In this document: positions 9,957 to 19,488 of the stretch, in pieces
Layout: each line of letters starts with the position of its first letter
Numbering within the stretch: position 1 is the stretch's first letter
Origin: Candidatus Cloacimonadota bacterium
Lineage (GTDB): Bacteria > Cloacimonadota > Cloacimonadia > Cloacimonadales > WRIO01
NCBI GenBank assembly: GCA_009777575.1
Contig: WRLO01000010.1
Coordinates: forward strand, 1 to 61,496
Direction of reading: 5' to 3'
DNA length: 61,496 nt
The notes under the pieces: generated by a model
What the model saw: the letters and a program-made list of their open reading frames with translations, nothing else
Databases searched by the model: none
What the model was told of the DNA's origin: nothing
Made by a program: the position numbers and the translations under genes

Positions 9957-10994
9957 ATGACACAAAAACATTTGAACACTGCAAAGATTAACAAGGCTGA
10001 TGAGTTTTATACTCAGATGACTGATATCGATAAAGAGATGAAGTATTATAAGGCTTTATTTAAGAATCAAATTATTTTTTGTAATTGTGATGACCCTTAT
10101 GAAAGTAACTTTTTTAAATTTTTTGCTATGAGTTTCAATCATTTGGGGTTAAAAAAACTCATTGCAACTTGTTATGATGGTTCACCAATTGCTAGTACCC
10201 AATTGACATTGTTTGATTATGAACCACCTGAAAATAAAACTACTAAAAACGCTCACAAAATAGTAATGGAAGAACTGACAGATGAAAATCATGATGGTGC
10301 CACTGGATTAGCAGATGTAGAACTAATCCTCAGAAACAAAAAAAATGTGTTAACAAGATTAAAAGGCAATGGCGATTTTCGCTCGCAGGAATGTATAGAA
10401 TTACTGAAAGAAACCGATATAGTAATAACCAATCCTCCTTTTTCATTGCTCAGAGAGTATATAGCACAGCTGATAGAATATGATAAAAGATTTATCATAA
10501 TCGGAAATATAAACGCAGTAAGTTACAAAGAAATTTTCAAACTGATAAAAGAAAATAAATTATGGCTCGGGGAGAGCATTACTAGCGGTGATAGAGAATT
10601 TAAGGTTCCAGATTATTATCCCCTTGATGCAGCAACTACACGGATTGATGAAAACGGTAATAAATATATCCGTGTAAAAGGTGTTCGTTGGTTCACAAAT
10701 ATTGATGTTCCTAGAAGACATGAAAAACTTTATTCATACAAAAAATATACACCTGAGGAGTTTCCACAATATGATAATTTTAACGCTATTGAGGTGTCAA
10801 AAGTTGTAGATATTCCAATAGATTGGGATGGAATTATGGGAGTACCAATATCGTTCTTAGATAAATATAACCCAGAGCAATTTAAAATCGTAGGAAATGA
10901 AGAAACTCTAAATATTCCTAAAGGTAGATGCTATATAAATGGTAAAAGATTATATGCAAGAATTTTTATCAAAAGACTAGGAGATATTAAATGA
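9957..10994 (+). CDS. N6-adenine DNA methyltransferase of the EcoRI-methylase-like family.
   Basis: N-terminal DEFYTQ, NCDDPY..NFFKFFA, catalytic ITNPPFSLLREY (NPPF motif IV). Good RBS. Stop overlaps the next gene's start (ATGA). Confidence 0.7.
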   Translation: MTQKHLNTAKINKADEFYTQMTDIDKEMKYYKALFKNQIIFCNCDDPYESNFFKFFAMSFNHLGLKKLIATCYDGSPIASTQLTLFDYEPPENKTTKNAHKIVMEELTDENHDGATGLADVELILRNKKNVLTRLKGNGDFRSQECIELLKETDIVITNPPFSLLREYIAQLIEYDKRFIIIGNINAVSYKEIFKLIKENKLWLGESITSGDREFKVPDYYPLDAATTRIDENGNKYIRVKGVRWFTNIDVPRRHEKLYSYKKYTPEEFPQYDNFNAIEVSKVVDIPIDWDGIMGVPISFLDKYNPEQFKIVGNEETLNIPKGRCYINGKRLYARIFIKRLGDIK

Positions 10995-12073
10995 AAATAG
11001 AGTTAAAAGAAATATCAATCAGAGAGGTTGCTTTAGGATACATTGATGACAAAGAAGAAGGTGTATTAGGGTATGAGCGAAGATTAAACATCCGTCCTAA
11101 ATATCAAAGAGAATTTGTATATGATGACAAGAAAAGGGATGCAGTGATAGATACCATCGTAAAAGGTTTTCCTTTAAATGTGATGTATTGGATAGTCAAT
11201 GAAGATGGCACTTATGAGGTTTTAGACGGGCAACAAAGAACTATCAGTTTTTGTCAATATATCAATGGTGATTTTCAAGTGGATAATTTACGATTTTATA
11301 ATATGACTGATATAGAACAATCGCAAATCCTCGATTATAAACTCATGATTTACTTCTGCGAGGGCAATGACAAAGAAAAACTCGATTGGTTTCGAATAAT
11401 TAATATTGCTGGCGAGAGACTTTATGAACAGGAACTCCGAAATGCAGTTTACACAGGTCCTTGGCTTTCAGAAGCAAAAATAATTTTTAGCAAAACTGGT
11501 TGTTCAGCATATAAATTAGCACAAAACTATGTCACCGGCTCCCCCATTCGTCAAGACTATCTCGAAACCGCAATAAAATGGATAAACAAAGGTCAGATTG
11601 AGGAATATATGTCTATTCATCAACATGATCCCAATGCGAATGAGCTTTGGACATATTTTCAGAATGTGATAAACTGGGTAAAACTGACTTTTCCAAAATA
11701 CCGCTCAGAAATGAAAGGTCTCGACTGGGATGGTCTATATGATGAACATCATAAAAAGTTATTCGACACAGCAAAGCTCGAAAAAGAGATAGAAAACCTG
11801 ATGGTAGATGACGATGTAACAAATAAAAAAGGGATTTACAGTTATGTCCTCAATCGAAAAGAAAAACATCTCAATATCAGAGCCTTTACTGAGAGCCAGA
11901 GAAGGCAAACCTTTGAGAGACAAAATGGAGTCTGTTCTAAATGTCAGAAAACCTTTGAAATAAAACAAATGGAAGCTGATCATATAACACCTTGGAGCAA
12001 AGGAGGGAAAACGGTTGTGGAAAACTGTCAGATGCTATGTAAGGAATGTAATAGAAGGAAGAGTGGGGTGTGA
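10991..12073 (+). CDS. DUF262 (ParB/GmrS-like, DGQQR motif) fused to a C-terminal HNH endonuclease.
   Basis: IRPKYQREFVYD and LDGQQRT motifs in the N-terminal half. C-terminal CSKCQ...ADHITPWSKGG...NCQMLCKECNRRK HNH zinc-finger nuclease motif. Translationally coupled to the upstream MTase. Confidence 0.8.
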   Translation: MKIELKEISIREVALGYIDDKEEGVLGYERRLNIRPKYQREFVYDDKKRDAVIDTIVKGFPLNVMYWIVNEDGTYEVLDGQQRTISFCQYINGDFQVDNLRFYNMTDIEQSQILDYKLMIYFCEGNDKEKLDWFRIINIAGERLYEQELRNAVYTGPWLSEAKIIFSKTGCSAYKLAQNYVTGSPIRQDYLETAIKWINKGQIEEYMSIHQHDPNANELWTYFQNVINWVKLTFPKYRSEMKGLDWDGLYDEHHKKLFDTAKLEKEIENLMVDDDVTNKKGIYSYVLNRKEKHLNIRAFTESQRRQTFERQNGVCSKCQKTFEIKQMEADHITPWSKGGKTVVENCQMLCKECNRRKSGV

Positions 12074-12189
12074 AATACAGTAAGGGAAACATTTACCCAT
12101 TTAACATTAATATTATTATCTTTGATGCAATGAAGGTATGAAAAAGATTATCATTTTAAAATGAATTTTAATTAATTATTTAAGATAGA

Positions 12190-12495
12190 GGAATATTTTG
12201 TACGACCACTAGAGCAAATTATATCGAGATTTTACGCCGTTTTAAACAAGAATATGGTGAAAAATAAGGTATTATAAGTATTGGATTATTTGGGTCTGTA
12301 GCACGAGATGAGCATACAGAAGAAAGTGATGTAGATGTTTTGGTAGAAGCGCCAACGATGAGTATATTCACTTGTATGGATATCGCAGAAAAGTTGGAAG
12401 AAATGATGGGTGTAAAAGTGGATATAGCTACAAAATCTAAATTTAAGCGTCCTCGATTTAAGGCAAGAATTGAAAAGGAGGTGGTTTATGTATGA
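12190..12495 (+). pseudogene. Nucleotidyltransferase (MNT/MntA-like antitoxin) gene with an in-frame TAA nonsense codon and no clear start.
   Basis: Frame reads ...EILRRFKQEYGEK*GIISIGLFGSVARDEHTEESDVDVLVE..., with the stop at 12265-12267 falling where a Tyr is expected (GEKYG). GS-x-ARDE..SDxD polymerase-beta-fold signature. Confidence 0.55.
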
Positions 12496-12600
12496 TAAAA
12501 CATTGGTTATTGACCATTTGATATTGATAAAAAACTTAGTTTCGTTATAAAAAGGCAGGTAGAATAGCTTTTGAATCAACTTTATAGGAGTTGTAGTTAT

Positions 12601-12894
12601 ATGGATAATAAGATTCCAGAAAATTATCAAAAAGACATCGAAGTTGCGGTAGATTTTCTTAAAAGCGAGGGTTGCGAAGCAGTTTATCTATTTGGATCAT
12701 TATTAACTGGAAATATTCACGAAAGATCAGACATTGACTTAGGAATTAAAGGGTTACCTCCTAAAAAATTCTTTCGAGTATACGCAAAACTTGATGATAG
12801 AGTAATAAATGAGATTGATCTAGTTGATTTTGATGAACAGTCAAAATTTTATGATTTATTGTGTTCACTTGGAGAGGTAATAAAACTTGGATAA
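12601..12894 (+). CDS. Nucleotidyltransferase-domain (MNT-like) protein, apparently an orphan antitoxin-like component.
   Basis: VYLFGSLLTGNIHERSDIDLGI signature. AGGAG RBS 9 nt upstream of the ATG at 12601. The downstream HEPN-like partner is reduced to a 36-codon fragment (12887-12997). Confidence 0.55.
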   Translation: MDNKIPENYQKDIEVAVDFLKSEGCEAVYLFGSLLTGNIHERSDIDLGIKGLPPKKFFRVYAKLDDRVINEIDLVDFDEQSKFYDLLCSLGEVIKLG

Positions 12895-13078
12895 AACTAT
12901 AGGGAAAAAAATATTATTCGAAATCGAACAGCTTGATGAACTAATGGAAAAATCAAGACCTTTTTTATCTATCTGTCTCGAAAGAGAACCAAACTAAAGA
13001 GGGCAAGGTAGCTGTAGATGTTTTGTTTAAGGATACAAGCGTTTGGTTAAATCAAGAATATAAAATTAGGAGAATATA

Positions 13079-13708
13079 ATGCCAATAAACAAAAATAGTT
13101 TAATAAAATGTTTAATTGAAATGAAAAAGATTTATTTAAAAGACCCTATAGGTTCAGTTCGTAGCCAAGGTTTTATAAATTTCTTACACGAATATTGTAT
13201 TGATGAGCTACAAAAGGTAGGCATAAATGAAAATCATTTTCAGATACTAAAAGAAGCTACTTTATACGGTTCTCACAAATCCAAAGATGTAGATGTAGCA
13301 GTCATTGAAAACATAAACGGTCCACAAATCATTGTAGGTATCCGTAGCCAAATGTCTTCAATAAGTAAGAATATTTTAACATACTATGAAGAAATAATAG
13401 GAGATTGCATTTCCTTGCACGACAGGTTTCCCATGGCAGTTTTGTGTTATATCTATTTGCTACCTAAAAAGCCTATCAAAACAGGAGTAACTGAAAAGGT
13501 TAATCTTGAAAGAGCTGAAAAGCTATATATGAGAATAACTGGTAGAGAAGATTGGAGGTCTCCAAAGGATAAATATGAACATTTTGCTTTTTTGAAAGTA
13601 GATTTCGAAACAGACCCTCCCACCATTTTGGAAACTGACCCTTTATTGTGTATTGAGCATTTTTTTGACAAAATAGTTCATACTTACAATGAAAGGAAAC
13701 CATTATAA
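13079..13708 (+). CDS. Hypothetical protein. Candidate restriction endonuclease partner of the overlapping downstream MTase.
   Basis: 209-aa ORF with strong RBS. 20-bp overlap with the following gamma-class MTase. Possible PD-(D/E)xK-like DVDVAVIEN...GIRSQ segment (weak). Confidence 0.35.
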   Translation: MPINKNSLIKCLIEMKKIYLKDPIGSVRSQGFINFLHEYCIDELQKVGINENHFQILKEATLYGSHKSKDVDVAVIENINGPQIIVGIRSQMSSISKNILTYYEEIIGDCISLHDRFPMAVLCYIYLLPKKPIKTGVTEKVNLERAEKLYMRITGREDWRSPKDKYEHFAFLKVDFETDPPTILETDPLLCIEHFFDKIVHTYNERKPL

Positions 13709-15437
13709 GGAAAGAATTAGTATGTCTCCACATAAGCAAAAGCAAACAGGGTCATTTTATACTGAAAGTGTAGTAGTAGAAAGTATGATAAAATGGGCAA
13801 TCAGAGAAGGTAAAGAAAGTGTTTTAGAACCATCATTTGGAGAAGGCATTTTTATCGAAAAGTCTTTGAATCGCTTTAATGAATTAGGCAATGATAATCC
13901 TAAGCTTGTGGCTATAGAGATACAACCTGAAGTCGCAGATAGTTTCAGAAATAAAGAGAAATTGGAAACATCTTATGTTATAAACAGTGATTTTTTGGCT
14001 TTTCATTCTGATGAAAAATTTGATGTTGTGATAGGCAATCCGCCTTATGTCTGCCTTAAAAACATTTCATCGGAACAAAGATATACAGCTCAAAAAGTCA
14101 TTGAACAGTATTTAACTAGATGCCCAAACAATGGCAGCTTATGGTTTCCATTTGTTTTAAAATCTATTTCGTTATTAAAGCCAGAAGGTCGCATGGCTTT
14201 TGTCTTGCCTTTTGAGATAACTTATACACGATATGCTTATGCTTTGTGGGAGACCTTATCACAAAACTTTTCAAGCCTGTCTATCAGTCGTATATATGAA
14301 GACTTTTTCCCAAATGTCGATGTTGAAACTATTATTTTTTACGCAGCAGGTAAAAATGGGACAACCGACTTTATAGATTACAATATTTATAATGGGGTAG
14401 AGGATTTACAAAATAACAATATAAATAAAAAAGAAATTATCTGTTTGTCAGAAATATTCAACAATGAAAAGCCCTTTATATCTAGGACACTTGACAAAAC
14501 ACAACAGAAACAATTGATCAATATAAAAAACAAAGGTTTTTTGAAACCCATAATAGATAGCTGTAAATTTAAAATAGGTTATGTGTCTGCTGATAAAAAC
14601 TATTTTCATCCACAATCAAACATTATTCGTCATTTTTCAATTCCAGATGAAAATTTGATACCTACGATTTTAAATGCTAAAGAAATAAATGGAGGATCAA
14701 ACATAGGCTTGGAAGTACTTAAAGGAGATTGTTCTTCAAAGCTATACTGTCCTAAAAATATTTCAGAAGGTGATAGGTTATACTTAGAAAATGGAAAAAT
14801 GATGCAAGTTCATAAAAAATATAAATGCAAGAATCGCAAACCATGGTATATTACTCCCAACATTGAGTATCCAGACATGATATTAACCGTTTTTGGTGAA
14901 GTGCCTAAACTTATTGCCAATAAAGGAGGATATGCTGTTTCAAACAGTCTCTTGTGTGGCAGTTTGAAAGGCATTTCAAAAGAGCAATTTATCTGTAGAT
15001 GGTATAACAGCCTTACTTTATTATCTTTGGAGCTGAATATCCATTCTTTGGGTGGAGGAACTTTGGTTATCATACCGGGTGAAGCTGATAGGTTAAATAT
15101 CGTTGAAAATATTCCTCGCAGTATTGTTAGCTCAATATATGAGAAATTGAATGAAGAAACTCAAAAAAACGGAATCGAATACACTTATGCTTTAGGTGAT
15201 AAAATAGTCTTACAAGACATTTTTGGAGTTACTGATGAAGAATTGAAGTATATTCATGAATCAATAAAACTTCTTCGTAGCTGGAGAAACCCTATAAATA
15301 GAAGAAAAGATTGTTTAAAAAAGAATGTTTTTAACACAATAGAAAATAAAGATTTCTTTGCTCAGAAAAAGAAAAATGATATATTAAATAAACATCGTAT
15401 AACACACCTCTCCCAAATAGAGGTAAACAAATATTAG
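13689..15437 (+). CDS. Gamma-class N6-adenine DNA methyltransferase (type II, TaqI/Eco57I-like arrangement).
   Basis: GSFYTE (motif X-like), LEPSFGEGIF (motif I, FxGxG), VIGNPPYV (motif IV NPPY). Long C-terminal target-recognition region. Confidence 0.8.
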   Translation: MKGNHYKERISMSPHKQKQTGSFYTESVVVESMIKWAIREGKESVLEPSFGEGIFIEKSLNRFNELGNDNPKLVAIEIQPEVADSFRNKEKLETSYVINSDFLAFHSDEKFDVVIGNPPYVCLKNISSEQRYTAQKVIEQYLTRCPNNGSLWFPFVLKSISLLKPEGRMAFVLPFEITYTRYAYALWETLSQNFSSLSISRIYEDFFPNVDVETIIFYAAGKNGTTDFIDYNIYNGVEDLQNNNINKKEIICLSEIFNNEKPFISRTLDKTQQKQLINIKNKGFLKPIIDSCKFKIGYVSADKNYFHPQSNIIRHFSIPDENLIPTILNAKEINGGSNIGLEVLKGDCSSKLYCPKNISEGDRLYLENGKMMQVHKKYKCKNRKPWYITPNIEYPDMILTVFGEVPKLIANKGGYAVSNSLLCGSLKGISKEQFICRWYNSLTLLSLELNIHSLGGGTLVIIPGEADRLNIVENIPRSIVSSIYEKLNEETQKNGIEYTYALGDKIVLQDIFGVTDEELKYIHESIKLLRSWRNPINRRKDCLKKNVFNTIENKDFFAQKKKNDILNKHRITHLSQIEVNKY

Positions 15438-15446
15438 GAGAATAAA

Positions 15447-16193
15447 ATGTCATTTATTATAGACCATACAAGAGTCAAACCCTACGGGGATACATTAAAC
15501 GATGGTAGGATACAGCTGTCATTTTCTATGCCAGTTACCTGTGATGAAAAAGGAAAAGAAGCGGCAAAAATTTTGCTAAAATCTATGGGTTTTGAAAACA
15601 TAGAGATTTGTTTTTTGAAAGAATTACATGAAGGTTTTACGCAGTTTATAGCCTACGGAAACACTTCTGTCACTGTAGATACCACCAAAATCATAGTCAA
15701 TGTAGTAGAAACAGAAGTTATGACTATGGATGAAACAGACGATTTTATCGAAAAAAACATAGGTCGGAAAATAACTGTCATAGGTGCTTGTATAGAGACT
15801 GATGCACATACTGTGGGCATCGATGCTATCATGAATATGAAAGGCTACAATCATCGATACGGATTGGAAAGATATAAATATTTCAATGCAATAAATCTTG
15901 GTGCTCAAATACCTTCGGAAGAACTGCTTAAAAGAGCAAGAGAGTTCAATGCTGATGTGATTTTAGTCTCTCAAATAGTTACTCAAAAAGATATTCATGT
16001 CAAAAACCTTACTAGACTAATAGAACTTGCAGAAGCAGAAAGATTGAGAGATAAAATGCTTTTCATCTGCGGTGGTCCAAGACTAAATCACGAACTCGCT
16101 ATCGAACTTGGCTATGATGCAGGTTTTGGAGCAGGAAGTTATGCTACTAATGTGGCGAGTTATATTGCTGTAGAGATGGAGAAAAGGAAGTGA
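15447..16193 (+). CDS. kamE: D-lysine 5,6-aminomutase beta subunit (B12-binding).
   Basis: 248 aa. RVKPYGDTLNDGRIQLSF..., GRKITVIGACIETDAHTVGIDAIMNMKGY..., GGPRLNHELAIELGYDAGFG match KamE as I remember it. Begins 10 bp after the MTase stop with its own RBS. Confidence 0.9.
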   Translation: MSFIIDHTRVKPYGDTLNDGRIQLSFSMPVTCDEKGKEAAKILLKSMGFENIEICFLKELHEGFTQFIAYGNTSVTVDTTKIIVNVVETEVMTMDETDDFIEKNIGRKITVIGACIETDAHTVGIDAIMNMKGYNHRYGLERYKYFNAINLGAQIPSEELLKRAREFNADVILVSQIVTQKDIHVKNLTRLIELAEAERLRDKMLFICGGPRLNHELAIELGYDAGFGAGSYATNVASYIAVEMEKRK

Positions 16194-16313
16194 TAATATA
16201 TAAAAATATGTCGAAAATAGTCTTAAACACAGAGATTTTAGAAAAGGCACAGAGAGTTGCTCTGAGGCTATTTTCGCTCAAGACTGTCGGATTTGGTTTT
16301 AAGGATTGTTAAT

Positions 16314-17099
16314 ATGTTACTTTTTGATGAGTTTGTAAATATAGTAAATAAACTAAGAGACCCCGAAAAAGGCTGTCCTTGGGACATCAAACAGACTTCA
16401 AAGTCTTTGATACCCAATTTTATAGAAGAAGTATATGAGGCAGTCGAAGCCATCGAAGAAAGCGATGACACACTTTTGCTAGAAGAGCTTGGTGACATTT
16501 TACTACATGTCATGTTACAGGCAAAAATAGCAGAAGAAAAAGGAGTATTTACTCTTGATGATGTTTTGAAAAGTATCAATAATAAATTGATCAGAAGACA
16601 TCCTCATGTCTTTGCAGATTTAGAAATAGAAACTTCAGACCAAGCAAAACTCAACTGGGAAAGGATAAAACTTCAAGAAAAGAAAAAAGAGAGAAAATCT
16701 GTTCTGGAGGGTGTGCCGAAAAATTTGCCAGCTTTGATTCAAGCTCAAAGAATACAAGAAAAAGCTGCCTCTGTTGGCTTTGATTGGGATTCTATTGAGC
16801 CTATATTTGAGAAGATAAAAGAAGAGATTGATGAGGTGAAAGCGGAGATAGATCCACCTCTCCCCCACCTTGCAAAGAGGGGTAATTTAGAAATGGAAAT
16901 AGGAGATCTATTTTTTGCAGTAGTTAACCTTTCGAGAAAACTAAAAATAGACTCAGAATCGGCACTTAGACTGAGTAATGAAAAGTTTAAAACAAGGTTC
17001 AATAAAGTAGAAAAACTCTGTGAAGAGAAACAACTCAATATGCTGGAAATGGATTTGAAAGCGCTTGACGAACTTTGGGATATCGTTAAAAAGGATTGA
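16314..17099 (+). CDS. mazG: MazG-family nucleoside triphosphate pyrophosphohydrolase.
   Basis: Tandem MazG domains (EEVYEAVEAIEE.., LEELGDILLHVML; second EEIDEVKAEI..IGDLFFAVVNL). ATG at 16314 is preferred over the upstream TTG at 16293. Confidence 0.85.
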   Translation: MLLFDEFVNIVNKLRDPEKGCPWDIKQTSKSLIPNFIEEVYEAVEAIEESDDTLLLEELGDILLHVMLQAKIAEEKGVFTLDDVLKSINNKLIRRHPHVFADLEIETSDQAKLNWERIKLQEKKKERKSVLEGVPKNLPALIQAQRIQEKAASVGFDWDSIEPIFEKIKEEIDEVKAEIDPPLPHLAKRGNLEMEIGDLFFAVVNLSRKLKIDSESALRLSNEKFKTRFNKVEKLCEEKQLNMLEMDLKALDELWDIVKKD

Positions 17100-17102
17100 G
17101 CA

Positions 17103-18116
17103 ATGGATGTTTTTTCTATAAAAAGATTTGATGATAAATTTAAAATCTTAGATCAGACGCTGCTCCCACTCGAAGAAAAATATCTTTTGATTGATGATTA
17201 TAAAGATATGATAGAGGCTATCAAACAGCTCAAAATAAGAGGTGCACCAGCAATAGGTATAGCTGGTATAGCTGCTACTTATTTAGCAGGAAAAAAATAT
17301 CTCAATGAAACTGATTTTAAAAAGAAAATGCTGGTTGCTATGTCTGAGATTGAGAATAGCAGGCCTACTGCAGTTAATCTATTTCATGCTATTGAAAAAG
17401 TGAGAGATATTTTGCTGATTCAAAATGACTCCAATAAATTTAATCAAAATACCATTCTTTGTGAAATCAACAAACTTGTAGACGAATTAATGCAATATGA
17501 ATATGAAGCCTGTCAGAAAATGGCTATTAATGGTTTTGATTATATCCCTAAACATATTAATAGATTTTTGACCCACTGTAATACAGGTTCTTTAGCTACT
17601 TATGGCAGCGGAACTGCCCTCGGAGTCATAAAAGAGATAGCAAAACATAGAGAAATAGAGGTTTATGTAGACGAGACAAGACCGCTTTTTCAAGGTTCTA
17701 GATTGACAATGTGGGAATTACAAAAATCAGATATTAATTGCACACTAATCACTGATAATATGGCTGCTTGGACAATCAAAACGAAAAATATTCAAGCTAT
17801 CATCACCGGAGCAGATAGAATAGCTCAAAACGGAGATACAGCAAACAAAATAGGAACTTTGAATCTTGCTCTACTGGCTAATCATTTTGCGATACCGTTT
17901 TATATAGTAGCTCCAGAATCGACTTTCGATAAAAAAATCAATAGTGGAAAAGATATTGTTATCGAGGAAAGAGATTGTGAGGAAGTTTCTTTTTTTAAAG
18001 GGGTTTCTCTTACTCCAAAATGTATAAAAGTTTTTAATCCAGCTTTTGATGTCACAAATAGAGATTTGATATCAGCAATAATTACTGATCAAAAAGTTTA
18101 TGATAATGGAGGATAA
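17103..18116 (+). CDS. mtnA: eIF-2B alpha/beta/delta-like isomerase, most likely S-methyl-5-thioribose-1-phosphate isomerase.
   Basis: GAPAIGIAG..., TGADRIAQNGDTANKIGT motif typical of the MtnA / ribose-1,5-bisphosphate isomerase family. Confidence 0.7.
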   Translation: MDVFSIKRFDDKFKILDQTLLPLEEKYLLIDDYKDMIEAIKQLKIRGAPAIGIAGIAATYLAGKKYLNETDFKKKMLVAMSEIENSRPTAVNLFHAIEKVRDILLIQNDSNKFNQNTILCEINKLVDELMQYEYEACQKMAINGFDYIPKHINRFLTHCNTGSLATYGSGTALGVIKEIAKHREIEVYVDETRPLFQGSRLTMWELQKSDINCTLITDNMAAWTIKTKNIQAIITGADRIAQNGDTANKIGTLNLALLANHFAIPFYIVAPESTFDKKINSGKDIVIEERDCEEVSFFKGVSLTPKCIKVFNPAFDVTNRDLISAIITDQKVYDNGG

Positions 18117-19286
18117 ATGAAAACAAGAGTTATAATAAAAGAACATAAAGAATATATTTTAGATGAGATAGTATTTTCTATCCGAGAGTTTTTTAACGAA
18201 TTTGATTTATTTGATAAATTAAAAGACAAAAAGCTCATTTTATTAAAACCAAATCTTTTAGGTGCACATCACCCAGATAAAGCTGTTACAACTCATCCTG
18301 TTGTTTTAGAGGCTTTAATCATGATTTTGAAAGATATGGAAAAAGAAATCATTGTCGGTGATAGTCCTGGTGGAACTGCAAAAGCTTCAGTAGTTTGGAA
18401 AACGACTGGTATACAAGAAATTTGTGAAAGGCACAATGTCAGACTTATTGACTTTGGCAAAGAAGGGATAATCAATATCCAGACAAATTTAACGAAATTC
18501 TTTTTTGATAAATACATTATAGAATGCGACGCTATCATAAATCTCGCTAAGATGAAAACCCATTCTCTAATGCTCTACACAGGAGCAGTGAAAAATCTTT
18601 ATGGAGCCATACCCGGCTTATATAAATCAGAGTTACATAAACAATTTCCTAGTCCAAAAGAGTTTTCTTCTGTTTTATCCGCAATTTACGGATTGCTCAA
18701 GCCTAGTTTAGCATTGAACATTATTGATGGCATTATCGGTATGGAAGGCGATGGCCCATCAGCAGGAAAACCATATCCTTTTGGAGTATTGATAGCTTCT
18801 GAAATAGCCTCTGCTACCGATTTTGTAGCGTCTGGATTGATGGGCTTTGATGTAGATAATATCGTATATTTAAAACAAAGTCTGCAAGACGATGAAGTGA
18901 AATATTTAGAAAATGATATAGATATTCTTTGTAGAGAAAAAAAATTAAATCTCCAAGAAATAAAGGAAATATTAAATTATAAAAAGATAAATATCAAATC
19001 TGTCATATTCTCAAATAATCTTCTTGATAAATTGCCAAAATTTATTAAAAATATTTTTAAAGCTTTATTAGATTATTATCCAGATTTTAATAAAGAATGC
19101 CAAATGTGTTTGGTTTGTGCCCAGAGCTGTCCTGTCCAAGCCTTAGATTCAAAAGGGAATGAACTTATTTTAAATAAAAAGAAATGTATAAAATGCCTTT
19201 GTTGCCACGAAATGTGCCAATATAATGCTATATTTCTAAAAAAGAGATTTTTGGCAAAAATTATTTATAGAAATATTGATAGTTGA
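18117..19286 (+). CDS. DUF362-domain protein with a C-terminal 4Fe-4S dicluster ferredoxin domain.
   Basis: LLKPNLLGAHHPDKAVTTHP (DUF362-like N-terminus). C-terminal CxxCxxCP and CxxCxxCxxxC motifs (CLVCAQSCP...CIKCLCCHEMC). Confidence 0.65.
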   Translation: MKTRVIIKEHKEYILDEIVFSIREFFNEFDLFDKLKDKKLILLKPNLLGAHHPDKAVTTHPVVLEALIMILKDMEKEIIVGDSPGGTAKASVVWKTTGIQEICERHNVRLIDFGKEGIINIQTNLTKFFFDKYIIECDAIINLAKMKTHSLMLYTGAVKNLYGAIPGLYKSELHKQFPSPKEFSSVLSAIYGLLKPSLALNIIDGIIGMEGDGPSAGKPYPFGVLIASEIASATDFVASGLMGFDVDNIVYLKQSLQDDEVKYLENDIDILCREKKLNLQEIKEILNYKKINIKSVIFSNNLLDKLPKFIKNIFKALLDYYPDFNKECQMCLVCAQSCPVQALDSKGNELILNKKKCIKCLCCHEMCQYNAIFLKKRFLAKIIYRNIDS

Positions 19287-19488
19287 GTAATGCCTCCTAA
19301 ACAATAAATAATTTGTTATAAATCAATGAAAATTTATAACAACAATAGACACAAAATAGCAAATAGTATCGTTAGTTTTAGGCAATCTTGGGTTCGTCAT
19401 ATCATTCGTAGTAAAGTCCGTGCCGATCAAATATTTCGAAATCAAACTAACTTGAAATATTGTCGTGACAAAAACTAAAATGACTCAT

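Noticed and set aside
12286-12630. 114-aa minus-strand ORF.
   Set aside because: It overlaps the MNT/HEPN remnants that have clear protein-family signal on the plus strand. Its sequence is low-complexity Phe/Ile-rich with no RBS.
13060-13081. Near-identical RBS/start context shared with kamE (15427-15449), as a possible recombination scar.
   Set aside because: 16-nt AT-rich Shine-Dalgarno contexts can recur by chance in a 30% GC genome. I kept it only as a remark inside the island finding.
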